Position numbers and translations under genes: made by a program. 64,000 nt of DNA from IMG/VR virus record IMGVR_UViG_3300020234_000071, one strand, 5' to 3'. Below the pieces are notes generated by a model. It saw only the letters and a program-made list of their open reading frames with translations, made no database searches and was not told the origin of the DNA. This DNA comes from an uncultured virus (IMG/VR IMGVR_UViG_3300020234_000071) (taxonomy: Duplodnaviria > Heunggongvirae > Uroviricota > Caudoviricetes). Below, piece by piece: positions 27,616-38,013 of this stretch; the first letter of the stretch is position 1; every line of letters starts with the position of its first letter.

Positions 27616-28257
27616 ATGATGGAAATGACAGACAAACAATCTTTAGCAGTGGAATTAGAAACGCTGCTTCACACTCACCCCTTCAATGAAAAAGCTGCGG
27701 ATGCTGCTTACTCTTTGGTGAGCCAATATATTAAGAATGGTCAACATGACAATTCCCTGTCTGACAAGCAATGGAATTTTGTTGGAAGTCTAGTTGCCCA
27801 GACTAAAAACTTTTCTTCTCCTGCCCCAGAAATGCCCAAAGAAAGGGTTGGGGATTTTTCGGGAGTGATCGAACTGTTCACTAAAGCCAAGGGAAATCTG
27901 AAATACCCGAAGATTAGCCTGACTACTAAATCAGGTGGAACTGTGATGTTGTCACTTGCGGGAGACAAGGCAAAGAAACCGGGAACCATAAATGTAACGG
28001 ATGGAAAACCTTTCGGGGAAAATATCTGGTACGGACGGGTTGACGCTTCTGGAAGTTGGGAAAAAACCCATAGTGCAACTGATGAAGTTGGGGCTGTGTT
28101 GAAAGAACTTTCAAATGACCCTGCGGGATTTGCTGCCAATTACGGACACAAAACTGGTAATTGCGTATTCTGTTTGAAGAAACTGACTGATGAAAAATCA
28201 ACTACCGTTGGTTACGGAAAAGTTTGTGCTTCTAATTGGGGTTTAGTTTGGGGGTAA
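27616..28257 (+). CDS. Hypothetical protein with C-terminal DUF6011-like zinc motif
   Basis: C..C...LTD..S...GYG.VCA. Confidence 0.65.
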   Translation: MMEMTDKQSLAVELETLLHTHPFNEKAADAAYSLVSQYIKNGQHDNSLSDKQWNFVGSLVAQTKNFSSPAPEMPKERVGDFSGVIELFTKAKGNLKYPKISLTTKSGGTVMLSLAGDKAKKPGTINVTDGKPFGENIWYGRVDASGSWEKTHSATDEVGAVLKELSNDPAGFAANYGHKTGNCVFCLKKLTDEKSTTVGYGKVCASNWGLVWG

Positions 28258-28355
28258 TGCTGCTGTTAAATAGGTTGTGCTGCCATTGAAACTATAGAAT
28301 AATCGGTTAGGAGGATATACACTTTCTACCTTCCGATTATTTTTTTGGGTTTGGC

Positions 28356-30377
28356 ATGGCTGAGACTACCAAATTAAAAACTGCGGCTACCCGCAAACGT
28401 AAAAAAACTGCCCCTTCCAATGTACGAAAATTGGAAACCAATATAACTGCGATTATAAAAGCGGAACCCCAGATAACTTCAAATGCTCTGGATATTGAAG
28501 ATACGTTTTTAAACAACTATACCACTTCAATTATACAACCAGAGATTTCCCCCGATATTTACTATTCCCTTGTTGAGCAAAACAATGCTTTGAATCAATG
28601 TATCTCTGCTATGGAGGTTAATATTGATGGAACAGGTTTTGATGTTGTCAGGACTGATGGGGAAGAAATAACTGATACAGATACCAAGGCTCTTCAGCCT
28701 GTCAAAGAATTTTTGATGGAGGTTTCCCCCACTGTTTCTTTTGTGACTCTTCGTAGGCAGATGCGGAGACAATTAGAAATTTCGGGGTATGCCTGTATCG
28801 AGGTAATCAGAAATCCCAAAGATGAAATTATTTTCATGAGAACTTTGGAATCTAAAACTATTCGTTTAATGAAATTAGGTGATGCTGTACCCACACAGAA
28901 AACTTTAATCCGTGGTGGGACTGCAATGAAAATTCAAACCTTGACTCGTGAAAGAAGGTTTGTGCAATTAGTCAATCGTAGAAAAATCTATTTCAAGGAA
29001 TTTGGTTCTAATCGTGATCTTGCAAAAGCCACAGGGGTTTTTGTTGCTACTGGTCTGAGATTACCATTTGAAGAAAGGGCTTCTGAAATAATTTACCTGA
29101 CTGTTCACAGAGCAGCAAATTCCCCCTATGGTGTTCCCCGTTGGTTGAACAATCTGCCTTCCGTTATTGGTTCCCGTTCTGCTGAAGAATTGAATCTTGA
29201 ATATTTTGCAGCGGGAGGTATTCCCCCGTTGATGATATTTATTACGGGTGGTGCAATGGCTGAGAAAGCCAGAAAACAATTGGAAGGTCTGCTTGCGGGT
29301 AAAGCTCGAAATAAATTAAAAGGTCTCGTTGCAGATATTCAAAGCACATCAGGAACCATTGATAAGGGTGGTGGTGTGAAAGTGGATATAGAATCTTTCG
29401 GGTCTGATCGGCAACAGGATTCCATGTTTGAAAATTACGATACAAGATGTGAACAAAGAGTTCGCGCCTCATTCAGATTACCACCTTTGTTTGTCGGCAA
29501 GGCTGATGATTATTCCTATGCTTCCGTTTTCGCTTCCTATACTTTAGCTGAAGCTCAGGTATTTCAACCTGAAAGAATGGAGTTTGATGAAGTGTTTAAT
29601 AATACGGTAATGAAGGAAATGACCAATGGTGTTTATCGGATTAGATCAAAACCCTTGATTGTGGCTGATGCTGAAACAAATCTTGATACCCTGAGAACTG
29701 CAATGAATGGGGGCGCAATCACCAAGAAAGATTTGATAGAAAATCTAAATCTGGTGGGAAGTGTTACCTTGACAATGTTAGAAGATGAAGATGGTGATGA
29801 GATTGCTGAAAGATTCAGCGGGTCAAGTTCTGCTGACCAAGTACGCAACCCACATATTGAAGATTTTGTGGATGATGACCAGATTGATGTGAGTACAGGT
29901 GAACCAGTTGTCAAAGTTGATCTGTCTTATCTGGGTGTAATTTCTGATCTTCAGGTAAGAAGTCTGACCAAGGAACTTCCACAAAAAGATTTGAAAGCAC
30001 TGGCAGATGGTCTAAAAGTTTTGAATGCTTTTGAACTAGATATGGTTCACATGCTTACCAGTAATAAATTATATGCTTCAGTTGAACATGACAATGTTGG
30101 GATGTCTGAATTGCTTGGGGCTGTTTCACAGATTGATCTAAAGGCTGCACATCCCCCTTGCCCTGAAGGTCAAGTTTTGCGGAATGGTGTGTGTGTAGAC
30201 AAGGATGAACAAAAGGCTGAAGCAGGTGATTCCACTGGGCCCGGTGGTGTAAATAATCACATCCATATTCTTGAAGCGGGTGGGGTTACATCTGAAGCAG
30301 AAGGTCATACCCATACGTGGGATAGTGAGGAAGCAACAACAGGTTCTACTAACAAGCATACACATCAGCTAGGTTAA
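28356..30377 (+). CDS. Portal protein with C-terminal Cys/HxH extension
   Basis: G.A.IEVIRN, YGVPRW, N..YF..GGIP, V...FRLPP..VG, A.......VFQPE. Confidence 0.88.
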   Translation: MAETTKLKTAATRKRKKTAPSNVRKLETNITAIIKAEPQITSNALDIEDTFLNNYTTSIIQPEISPDIYYSLVEQNNALNQCISAMEVNIDGTGFDVVRTDGEEITDTDTKALQPVKEFLMEVSPTVSFVTLRRQMRRQLEISGYACIEVIRNPKDEIIFMRTLESKTIRLMKLGDAVPTQKTLIRGGTAMKIQTLTRERRFVQLVNRRKIYFKEFGSNRDLAKATGVFVATGLRLPFEERASEIIYLTVHRAANSPYGVPRWLNNLPSVIGSRSAEELNLEYFAAGGIPPLMIFITGGAMAEKARKQLEGLLAGKARNKLKGLVADIQSTSGTIDKGGGVKVDIESFGSDRQQDSMFENYDTRCEQRVRASFRLPPLFVGKADDYSYASVFASYTLAEAQVFQPERMEFDEVFNNTVMKEMTNGVYRIRSKPLIVADAETNLDTLRTAMNGGAITKKDLIENLNLVGSVTLTMLEDEDGDEIAERFSGSSSADQVRNPHIEDFVDDDQIDVSTGEPVVKVDLSYLGVISDLQVRSLTKELPQKDLKALADGLKVLNAFELDMVHMLTSNKLYASVEHDNVGMSELLGAVSQIDLKAAHPPCPEGQVLRNGVCVDKDEQKAEAGDSTGPGGVNNHIHILEAGGVTSEAEGHTHTWDSEEATTGSTNKHTHQLG

Positions 30378-30381
30378 AAAA

Positions 30382-32151
30382 ATGGTAGTCAAAGTAGAAG
30401 CCTATCTTGACTTGGAAGCATCCCTTCAAGCATTGGTTCTACCCCAATGGAATAAGATTCAAAGAAGGGTTGTACCCCAGATTGAAGCCGCGATTCTAGA
30501 TCACGATTTAGCTAAGGTTACTGAGATAGTTGATACCATCAACACATCTCTTTTATATCAAGGCAAACTTAAATCAATAAATACACTTCTTACAACGGGG
30601 ATGGTTTTTGGGGGTGCGTTGATTAATGGCACTACTCTTGATCTTGAAATTGTCTTGAATCCAGACGCTTTAGAAATGCCTTCTATTGCTACCAATCAAT
30701 ATCAAATCCAATTAGATCAGGCAATGATCACAGTTCGAAAACGATTTTTGCAATTGGCTGTGAAATTGGAAGCGCGGCTTACCTTTGAAGAACAGCAGGA
30801 AGAAGAGTTTAGCAAAAGTGATTTAGTCAATGTTCAGAAAATCAATCCTATCAATATCAGAAATGCTTTGAATGTTGGGGCAGGGAATATTGGTGGCAGT
30901 ATGATAAGTGTTGCTTCATCCCTTCAGATGTCACGAATGGCTAATTATGGTTTTGTGGCTGAAGCATCTTCACGGGGAGTTACCCATTATATTGTTAATG
31001 AACAATTGGATAGCAGGATTTGTCCGGTGTGTAGAAGGATGCACGGCAAGAGATTTGAGGTTGCCCCCGCACTGGCAAAACTGGATACCCAGATAAGAAT
31101 AACTGACCCCACTGATTTAAAAATTCTTGCGCCTTTTCCACTGCAAAGTAAGGCTGCTGTAAAAGATTTAACGGAAATGACTTCAGAACAATTGAGGGCG
31201 AAAGGTTGGGACACTCCCCCATACCATCCTAATTGCAGGGGCTTGCTGAAATTTGTTCGCGCACCTAGAACTGTTCAACGAGTAAATCCTTTGCGCCCCG
31301 GTCAGAAAATTCCAGACAAGCCTTTTACTTCTGCCTCAGATTATTATATTGCGGGAGATACCGCAGTAACGGAAGAAGGACTAATAGGTGCTTTGTCTGT
31401 TGAAGATGCCGCTGCTATCAGGAAATTTGAAGACCTGTTAGATGGTGTGGAACCTACGTTTGAAGCATTCAGGGATGCAAATGGTGTATGGTCTGAGTCA
31501 AGGAAACTGCTTCACAGGAAGATTGTAAGAAAGGTTATTCTTGGTTTCGATGAAGAAACCTTAGCTTTAAACCGTTCCAATATACTGAGTAATGGATTAC
31601 ACAAAGCCAAGACCGCTGCGGATGAAATCCCAACATATACTGTTTTAGGTGGGCGCGGGGGTTCCGGTAAATCTTGGTTCTCTGGGGGCAATGGGCCTGT
31701 AGACCCAAGGCATACATTGATAATGGATAGTGATGCAATCAAGAAATTGTTACCAGAATTCAAAGGGTGGAATGCGGGGCAACTTCACTTGGAATCTTCC
31801 TATCTATTTGATGAAATAACTGCGATAGCCAGAAGAATGAATCTGAATGTGGTTCATGATATGACTTTGAAAAATGCTAGGCAAGCTGTGACCCGTATGA
31901 ATTTATTTTCTGATGCAGGGTATAAGCTTGAAGGGTATTACATGTACCTTCCCAGACACGAAGCTGCAAATCGGGCAATCGTAAGAGCATTGGGGGATGA
32001 AGCAAGATATGTCCCACTGGATATAATTCTTTCCAATACTCAAAATGAAATAGTCTTTGATCAATTACGTGCAAGTTTTAGTAGGTGGGGTATGTGGGAT
32101 AATCTGGTTCCTTTTGGAGAACAACCTAAATTTCTTGGAGGTAATTTATAA
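30382..32151 (+). CDS. MuF/gp7-like head morphogenesis protein fused to a zeta-toxin-like P-loop kinase
   Basis: DSRICPVC..MHG, PPYHPNCR; GGRGGSGKS, DSDAIK, VVHDMT. Confidence 0.82.
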   Translation: MVVKVEAYLDLEASLQALVLPQWNKIQRRVVPQIEAAILDHDLAKVTEIVDTINTSLLYQGKLKSINTLLTTGMVFGGALINGTTLDLEIVLNPDALEMPSIATNQYQIQLDQAMITVRKRFLQLAVKLEARLTFEEQQEEEFSKSDLVNVQKINPINIRNALNVGAGNIGGSMISVASSLQMSRMANYGFVAEASSRGVTHYIVNEQLDSRICPVCRRMHGKRFEVAPALAKLDTQIRITDPTDLKILAPFPLQSKAAVKDLTEMTSEQLRAKGWDTPPYHPNCRGLLKFVRAPRTVQRVNPLRPGQKIPDKPFTSASDYYIAGDTAVTEEGLIGALSVEDAAAIRKFEDLLDGVEPTFEAFRDANGVWSESRKLLHRKIVRKVILGFDEETLALNRSNILSNGLHKAKTAADEIPTYTVLGGRGGSGKSWFSGGNGPVDPRHTLIMDSDAIKKLLPEFKGWNAGQLHLESSYLFDEITAIARRMNLNVVHDMTLKNARQAVTRMNLFSDAGYKLEGYYMYLPRHEAANRAIVRALGDEARYVPLDIILSNTQNEIVFDQLRASFSRWGMWDNLVPFGEQPKFLGGNL

Positions 32152-32360
32152 TGGCTAAAATTAGAAATTCATCTGGTGATGGTTTCCTTACATGGGCTAA
32201 TGGGGATTTCATAGATTCCGATCACATGGAAAATGATGTTGTTTCCGTAGAAGAAACTGCACGGGATAATGTTTCAAATGTGGATACAGATGCAAAGATT
32301 GAAGACCTATTTCCTGAACTTGATCTTGAGACAGGAAAATTTACATTCGAAGACGATTAA
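32151..32360 (+). CDS. Small acidic protein (candidate immunity protein or antitoxin)
   Basis: 69 aa, D/E-rich, start overlaps the MuF-zeta stop codon. Confidence 0.5.
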   Translation: MAKIRNSSGDGFLTWANGDFIDSDHMENDVVSVEETARDNVSNVDTDAKIEDLFPELDLETGKFTFEDD

Positions 32361-32446
32361 TCATTTGACCTTAGTATCAAAAAATCCTTGCGGTTCTCGT
32401 TAGGTAGTTCTAAATTATCAATATAGTTTATTGGCTTTGAGAAAAG

Positions 32447-33181
32447 ATGCCTCTACCCACACCTAATACGGGTGAATCAAGGGATAAATTTATTGCTCGT
32501 TGCATGAGTAACCCAACGGCAATTGAAGATTTCCCGGCTGAAGACCAAAGGCTTGCGGTTTGTTTTTCTCAATTCGAAAAAGACGAGAGTGTAACTAAAC
32601 ATCATTTAATGAATATTAAAAAAATAGATGAGGAACTACAGATTGTTTACGCTGAAGTCTATGTTCCTAATACTCCCGATTCAGATAATGATTTTATGAG
32701 TATCGAGACCGTGCGGGAAATGGGTCATAATTTTCTTGCAAATGGAAGGGTCACAAAGGTTGATGTAAATCATAGCAGGGAAGAAATTGCCGCTGCTGTG
32801 GTTGAAAGTTTTATAGTTCGCAAAGGAGACCCAGACTTTATTGTTGATGCATGGGTTACAGGGATTAAAATTATGGATGATGCCGTTTGGGAACTAATAA
32901 AGAGTGGGGAGATTAACGGCTTCTCATTAGATGGTGTAGGTCAAGGTAAAGATACTGAACTGGAAATTGAAATTCCAGAGTTTGTTAAAGGTGAAACTGA
33001 TAAACAGGAGAATCATAAACATATCTTTCAAGTTAATTTCGATGAAGAAGGAAATTTTCTTGGAGGTCAAACTGTAGATGATGACACTAATCATATTCAC
33101 CTTATCAAGCGAGGTACTATTACCGAAGAGACCAATGACCATGCACACCGATTTAGCTTCGTTGAGGTATATACACAATGA
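32447..33181 (+). CDS. XkdF-like prohead serine protease with C-terminal HxH repeats
   Basis: IVYAEVY.P...D...DFM, DVNH, VESF, W..IK.GEINGFS..G. Confidence 0.85.
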   Translation: MPLPTPNTGESRDKFIARCMSNPTAIEDFPAEDQRLAVCFSQFEKDESVTKHHLMNIKKIDEELQIVYAEVYVPNTPDSDNDFMSIETVREMGHNFLANGRVTKVDVNHSREEIAAAVVESFIVRKGDPDFIVDAWVTGIKIMDDAVWELIKSGEINGFSLDGVGQGKDTELEIEIPEFVKGETDKQENHKHIFQVNFDEEGNFLGGQTVDDDTNHIHLIKRGTITEETNDHAHRFSFVEVYTQ

Positions 33182-34401
33182 CTCGTAAAAAAGTAATAAT
33201 TCAAGCCCGTGAATTATCGGAAATGGATGTGAATATTATCTCTTTAGTTAAGCGTGGTGCGAATCGTATTCCTTTTCGTATCGTAAAATCTGATGGAGAA
33301 ACTACCATGAATCTTTCAAATCTTTTTGTCTGGAAACAAGCACCACAACTTCCTGCTGTAGTTGCAGTTGTACTAGCAAAATCTGCTAATCAGGAAGTCT
33401 ATACCAAAGCCCTTGCTGAAGGTGGCTTTGAAGTTGATCACGTAACAGAAGGGGAGAATGAAACCGTAACCCTGATGTTTACCAAGTCTGATGAAATGAC
33501 AGATGCCATTGCTCTGAAAATTTCGGATGATGCTGCTCTTATTGTTGTCGGAGTTGAGAAGGGTTTACTATCCTTCCCCGATAGCAATTCGTTTATCGAA
33601 AACATTACCAAAGCGGGGTTTGCCCCTTCCTATCATATTGCCAATGAAATTCTGAATGAAACTGTTGGTAATATTATCTTCTCTGAAGGTGACGCTGCTG
33701 AAACCAAGGAAGCGGTTTCAAAGGCAATTTCGGATTTCGGCGGGTACATCGAAGCAATCCTTTCTACCATCCCTGTTCAGGCTTTCAAAGCTGAAGAAAT
33801 TGTAGTGGAAGTTGAAAAGGGTTTGCTGAACAAGCCTACCAAAGCCCCAAAGAAAGCTGCCAAGAAAAAGCCTGCTAAGGATGCGAAGGATGCGGATGCG
33901 AAGAAGCAGGAAGATGATGATGAAGAGCAGGATGATGATGCGGCTGATGATGAATCAGGTGCGGAAGATACAGGGAATGACCCTGCTGCTGATGAATCAG
34001 GTGATGATGAATCAGGTGATGATGCTGAAGGTTCTGAAGATGAAGGGGCAGATAATGATTCAGAAAAAGTATCAAAAGACCCGAAGGAAGACGATTCTTC
34101 CGAAGAAGAAATCCAAGGTAAGGATTCAGATGATGCTATTGCGGCAATGTCTAAATCTTTAACTGGTATTGCGGAAGGTATCGAGGAACTTAAAACTTCC
34201 CAGACCGAAGCAATGAAAGACCTTTCTGATCGAATGACTGATCTGGAAGCCAAGGTAAAAAAGACTGATGAAGCCCTAGCGGGTACAACTCATTCTGCGG
34301 ATACTGATGATAGTGATAATGATGTTGGTGAGCCGAAGAAAAAAGTCGAAGCTGTAAAGTGGGATAACTTGTTGGACTTCGGTGACGTTGAGATTTCCTA
34401 A
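33178..34401 (+). CDS. Scaffold-like capsid assembly protein
   Basis: Lies before the capsid gene; N-terminal ISLV.RGAN; long acidic linker and coiled coil. Confidence 0.7.
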   Translation: MTRKKVIIQARELSEMDVNIISLVKRGANRIPFRIVKSDGETTMNLSNLFVWKQAPQLPAVVAVVLAKSANQEVYTKALAEGGFEVDHVTEGENETVTLMFTKSDEMTDAIALKISDDAALIVVGVEKGLLSFPDSNSFIENITKAGFAPSYHIANEILNETVGNIIFSEGDAAETKEAVSKAISDFGGYIEAILSTIPVQAFKAEEIVVEVEKGLLNKPTKAPKKAAKKKPAKDAKDADAKKQEDDDEEQDDDAADDESGAEDTGNDPAADESGDDESGDDAEGSEDEGADNDSEKVSKDPKEDDSSEEEIQGKDSDDAIAAMSKSLTGIAEGIEELKTSQTEAMKDLSDRMTDLEAKVKKTDEALAGTTHSADTDDSDNDVGEPKKKVEAVKWDNLLDFGDVEIS

Positions 34402-34440
34402 GTCTTTGAATTGTAACTTTTGTAAATTGGAGTATTGAAT

Positions 34441-35415
34441 ATGTCTAGCAATAGTAAGATTATCCAGAAAGCGGATATGACTCTGGCAGACTTGGCTTCT
34501 GGTGGTCTGTTAAATCCAGAGCAAGCTGCCACTTTCATTCGTAAACTCAGAACCACACCTACCATCCTTAACCAGATGCGTACAATTGTAATGAGTTCCC
34601 CCCAACGTAATATTGACAAGATCGGTTTTGGTGATCGAATCCTGATGCCTGCAATTTCGGGTGTCGCATTGGATGAAGATACATCCCCAACTAATCGGCG
34701 TAGTAAAGCAACCACTGAGCAAGTACAACTGACTACCAAAGAAGTTATTGCCGAAGTCCGGTTGCCCTACGATGTCATCGAAGACAACATTGAACAGGGT
34801 GGTGCAAGCATTAACGCAGACCCAACGGTAACAGGTTCAGGTGTTGTACAAGGTGATTTCAAGGATACCATCATGGACTTAATGGCAGAACGTGTTGCCA
34901 TTGACCTAGAAGAATTAGCGATTCTGGGTGACACTGGTTCGGGTGATGCGTTCCTTGCACTGTTGGACGGTTTCCTTGTAGCTGCCACTTCGAATGTGGT
35001 TGACCAAGGGGGTGCTGTTATTTCACGTACCATGTTCAAGAACGGTATCAAAACTTTGCCTGATCAGTACAAGAACCAACTGGCACAGTTGAAGAATTTT
35101 GTTTCTATGGACAACTACACTGAGTATCAGGACACTCGTGCTAACCGTGAAACAAATGGTGGTGATACCGTCAACGATCAGGTAACACCTATCCTTTGGG
35201 CTTTGGGAACAAAGGTCGAGGGTGCTGCTGTAATGCCTGCCGTGAACGGGCTGTTCACTAACCCACAAAATATGATGTGGGGTATTCAGCGTCAAATGTC
35301 TGTCGAAGTTGACAAGATTATCACTGAGCGCGTTTTTGTTATTGTCATGACCCTGCGAATCGACTTCAAGTACGAAGAAGAAGAAGCTGTGGTTAAGTAC
35401 ATTGACATCGGCTAA
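34441..35415 (+). CDS. Major capsid protein (HK97 fold)
   Basis: GGLLNPEQA..F, EDNIE, DLEEL...GD, R.DF..E; highly expressed codon style. Confidence 0.9.
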   Translation: MSSNSKIIQKADMTLADLASGGLLNPEQAATFIRKLRTTPTILNQMRTIVMSSPQRNIDKIGFGDRILMPAISGVALDEDTSPTNRRSKATTEQVQLTTKEVIAEVRLPYDVIEDNIEQGGASINADPTVTGSGVVQGDFKDTIMDLMAERVAIDLEELAILGDTGSGDAFLALLDGFLVAATSNVVDQGGAVISRTMFKNGIKTLPDQYKNQLAQLKNFVSMDNYTEYQDTRANRETNGGDTVNDQVTPILWALGTKVEGAAVMPAVNGLFTNPQNMMWGIQRQMSVEVDKIITERVFVIVMTLRIDFKYEEEEAVVKYIDIG

Positions 35416-35427
35416 TCTGAGTTGAAA

Positions 35428-35447
35428 CGGGGGGATTAATTTCCCCC
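35428..35447 (+). terminator. Stem-loop after the capsid gene
   Basis: GGGGGA-TTAATT-TCCCCC. Confidence 0.5.
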
Positions 35448-35481
35448 TGATTCAATCCTTTCAACTTAAGAGGAAACAGTT

Positions 35482-36842
35482 ATGGAAATGGGAAGATGCC
35501 AAGGTGTGCGCCACACGGTTGACGCTGATGATGTTACTGCGGGTTCAATTGCTATCGAAGCTCAAGACCTTGCCCCAACGGGTGCTACTGCTGTGGTGAG
35601 AACTGCTGCGGGTGGTTTGAAAGCGTGGGATGGTTTGTTACTTGTAGCAGGAAACACAGTCACAGTTGACAACTCTGGTTCAGTCGATTGGGCTGATACC
35701 GATACGATTGATATAGTAATTCTTTCAGGAGAGTAGTAGCATGAGGTAGACCCTGAAAAATGGGTCTATCTTTTTACTGAGACTGAGAGAGGTTGCTATG
35801 TTAGTTCGTTTAACTTTTGTAAAGCGATTTTTAAAAGATAATTTTTTATATCGCAAAGGGCGCATCTATAATGTAGATGAAACAATGGGTATGAATCTCT
35901 GTGGTTTGATGAGCAAAGATTTGCCTATGTTCACTATTGTTGCCCCTGATCGTGTGGGGGATTCTCCTGTAGTTAATCTTCAAATTGATGATGAAGTTGA
36001 AGACATCCCTGTAGTTCAAAAAAATGTTTCTGTTGTTGACAGTGCTAAGACACGAAAAACTGTGAGTAAAAAAGTTCCCAAAAAAGCCAAGGCAAAAAAG
36101 GGTGCAAAAATAAAGCAGACTACGGCAAAAGCTGCTAGTGAAGAATCGAGTAACGTAGTACAGGTTTAACTTTATGACTTTCCCCCTTGCAACAGTTGAT
36201 GAATTAATTGTTCGGATTAATGCTATTGATGCAACGGATTTAAGACCCCTGCTGTATCAATCTTTAAAGTCTGCGACTATACAACTTAAAGATATTTTTC
36301 GGTTGGGGGAACTGGATGCAAAGGTGGGTGTCGTTGAGGATTTTCTGATTGATCGAGATACCGCAGTTCGTAGGGAACGGTATCTCAAATTTCGTGTTAC
36401 TAATGCTTTCATTAATGATGATACAACCCCTGTGGAAGTTTTGTTTGGAATCACTGAAGATGATCTTGTTAATGCAACTCCTATTGAACCCCAATTTTTG
36501 AAAATCAATAAGGAGACAGGAACCATTAAATTTGATGTCACTGGTTTCAATAGTGATTTGATTACGATCAGTAGAAGGATTCCCGATTTCTTTTTTGAAT
36601 ATCTTTTCAGGATTACTTACGATCATGGGTTTGCCACACGGGGAAGCTCAGATGGAAAAAGTTATAGGGGTGTTCCTGATTGGCTATCAGAAGCGGGGCT
36701 AATTAAAGGCAGGGAAATATACCAACTAACTAACCCATCCAAAGATGTTCCTGCGGATGCGTTCTCTGGAAATCTGGCTTATCTTGTAGATAACAATATT
36801 CGGGTTGCCCCCCTACATCTTGACCCACTAGACCAGTTTTAA
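35482..36842 (+). other. Head accessory and head-tail adaptor CDSs (35482-35736, 35798-36169, 36174-36842)
   Basis: Synteny after the capsid gene; ITY.HGF...VPDWL.EA in the 36174 ORF is typical of adaptors. Confidence 0.6.
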
Positions 36843-36843
36843 A

Positions 36844-37293
36844 ATGGCTGTAAGTATCTTAGCGGAAGGCTTTGAGAAAGTAAAAAAAGACCTTGATAAG
36901 TTGAAGTTGGCTACTAATACTGAAGATATTTTAGATACAGCAGCGGCTTTTATACTCAATCAAATTAAGACCAGATTTTTAAGGCAGGAAGCTACTGATG
37001 GAAGTACATGGGAAGTTTCCCAAGCTGCCAAGAACAGATCAGCGGGTGCTCTGGGTGGTGGGACTTTATTTGACTCTGGTGACTTATTCAGGAGTATTGA
37101 AATAAGCAGGGGCGGGCCCGGAGTTAGGATTATATCCACTGACCTTCCTTATGCTGCACAGCATCAATTTGGTCTTACGGTTGATGGGGTAAAATTTCCA
37201 GTAAGAGAATTTCTTGGAATCAGTCCTGATGATGAACAAGGAGTTTTAAATATTATTGAAGATCGTATTCGCATTTCAATAGGAAGATTTTGA
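36844..37293 (+). CDS. Virion morphogenesis protein (Mu gpG / tail completion-like)
   Basis: RF......DG..W, L.DSG.L..SI, YAA.HQFG, P.REFLG. Confidence 0.85.
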   Translation: MAVSILAEGFEKVKKDLDKLKLATNTEDILDTAAAFILNQIKTRFLRQEATDGSTWEVSQAAKNRSAGALGGGTLFDSGDLFRSIEISRGGPGVRIISTDLPYAAQHQFGLTVDGVKFPVREFLGISPDDEQGVLNIIEDRIRISIGRF

Positions 37294-37294
37294 A

Positions 37295-37726
37295 ATGACC
37301 ACTACAACAGAAGATGTCATTACTGCCCTGAAGGAAGACATTGAACTTCAAATAAATACTGTATCTGAGTTGGAAAATAAATCTATCTATGTGTATGACC
37401 CTGCCCAATTAAGTTCAGCACATACAAGAATAGCTTTGCCTTGTGTGATTTTTCATTATGCGGGAATGCGACAAGGCATTAAAAAACATGATGTTGTTTT
37501 TGATATATATCTTATAGCAAAAGCAGAGTCATTAAATCAAATTAAGGGAACCAAAGTAGTTCCTACTGCAACGGAAATTTTACAAAGATTAAGAAAAGCA
37601 ATGGCTTGTAATACGGCTGCTACTAAGAGAAATTGGAATCTTGAATCTGAGCAACCTAGTTTTGGGGTAGATGACAAACTAATTTATCGGCAAAGATGGG
37701 TGACTGCCTATCAAATAATACTTTGA
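37295..37726 (+). CDS. Probable tail terminator
   Basis: Synteny and size. Confidence 0.55.
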   Translation: MTTTTEDVITALKEDIELQINTVSELENKSIYVYDPAQLSSAHTRIALPCVIFHYAGMRQGIKKHDVVFDIYLIAKAESLNQIKGTKVVPTATEILQRLRKAMACNTAATKRNWNLESEQPSFGVDDKLIYRQRWVTAYQIIL

Positions 37727-37774
37727 ATTGATGTTAGGTAGTTGTAGGCTCATGATTACTATTGAGGTTTTTTT

Positions 37775-37996
37775 ATGGTTCGTAAAAGAAAGCTTAAAGT
37801 GAAGGACTCCGACAATGATACTGCTGTTGTTGTGGTTGAAGAAGATGATACTTCGATTGATCAGCCACAAGACATCGGTACTGTTGTAGTTGCGGCACAC
37901 GTTCATAAGGGTGTCTTGTATAAATCTGGTGATGTCATTGCATTTGATGACCCTGCTTCGGCACGGAAATTAAGGGCGCGGGGCATTATTTCTTAA
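37775..37996 (+). CDS. Small virion-associated protein
   Basis: H.H.G..Y..GD.I......A..L...G pattern. Confidence 0.55.
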   Translation: MVRKRKLKVKDSDNDTAVVVVEEDDTSIDQPQDIGTVVVAAHVHKGVLYKSGDVIAFDDPASARKLRARGIIS

Positions 37997-38013
37997 TTAT
38001 AGAGGTTTGATAA

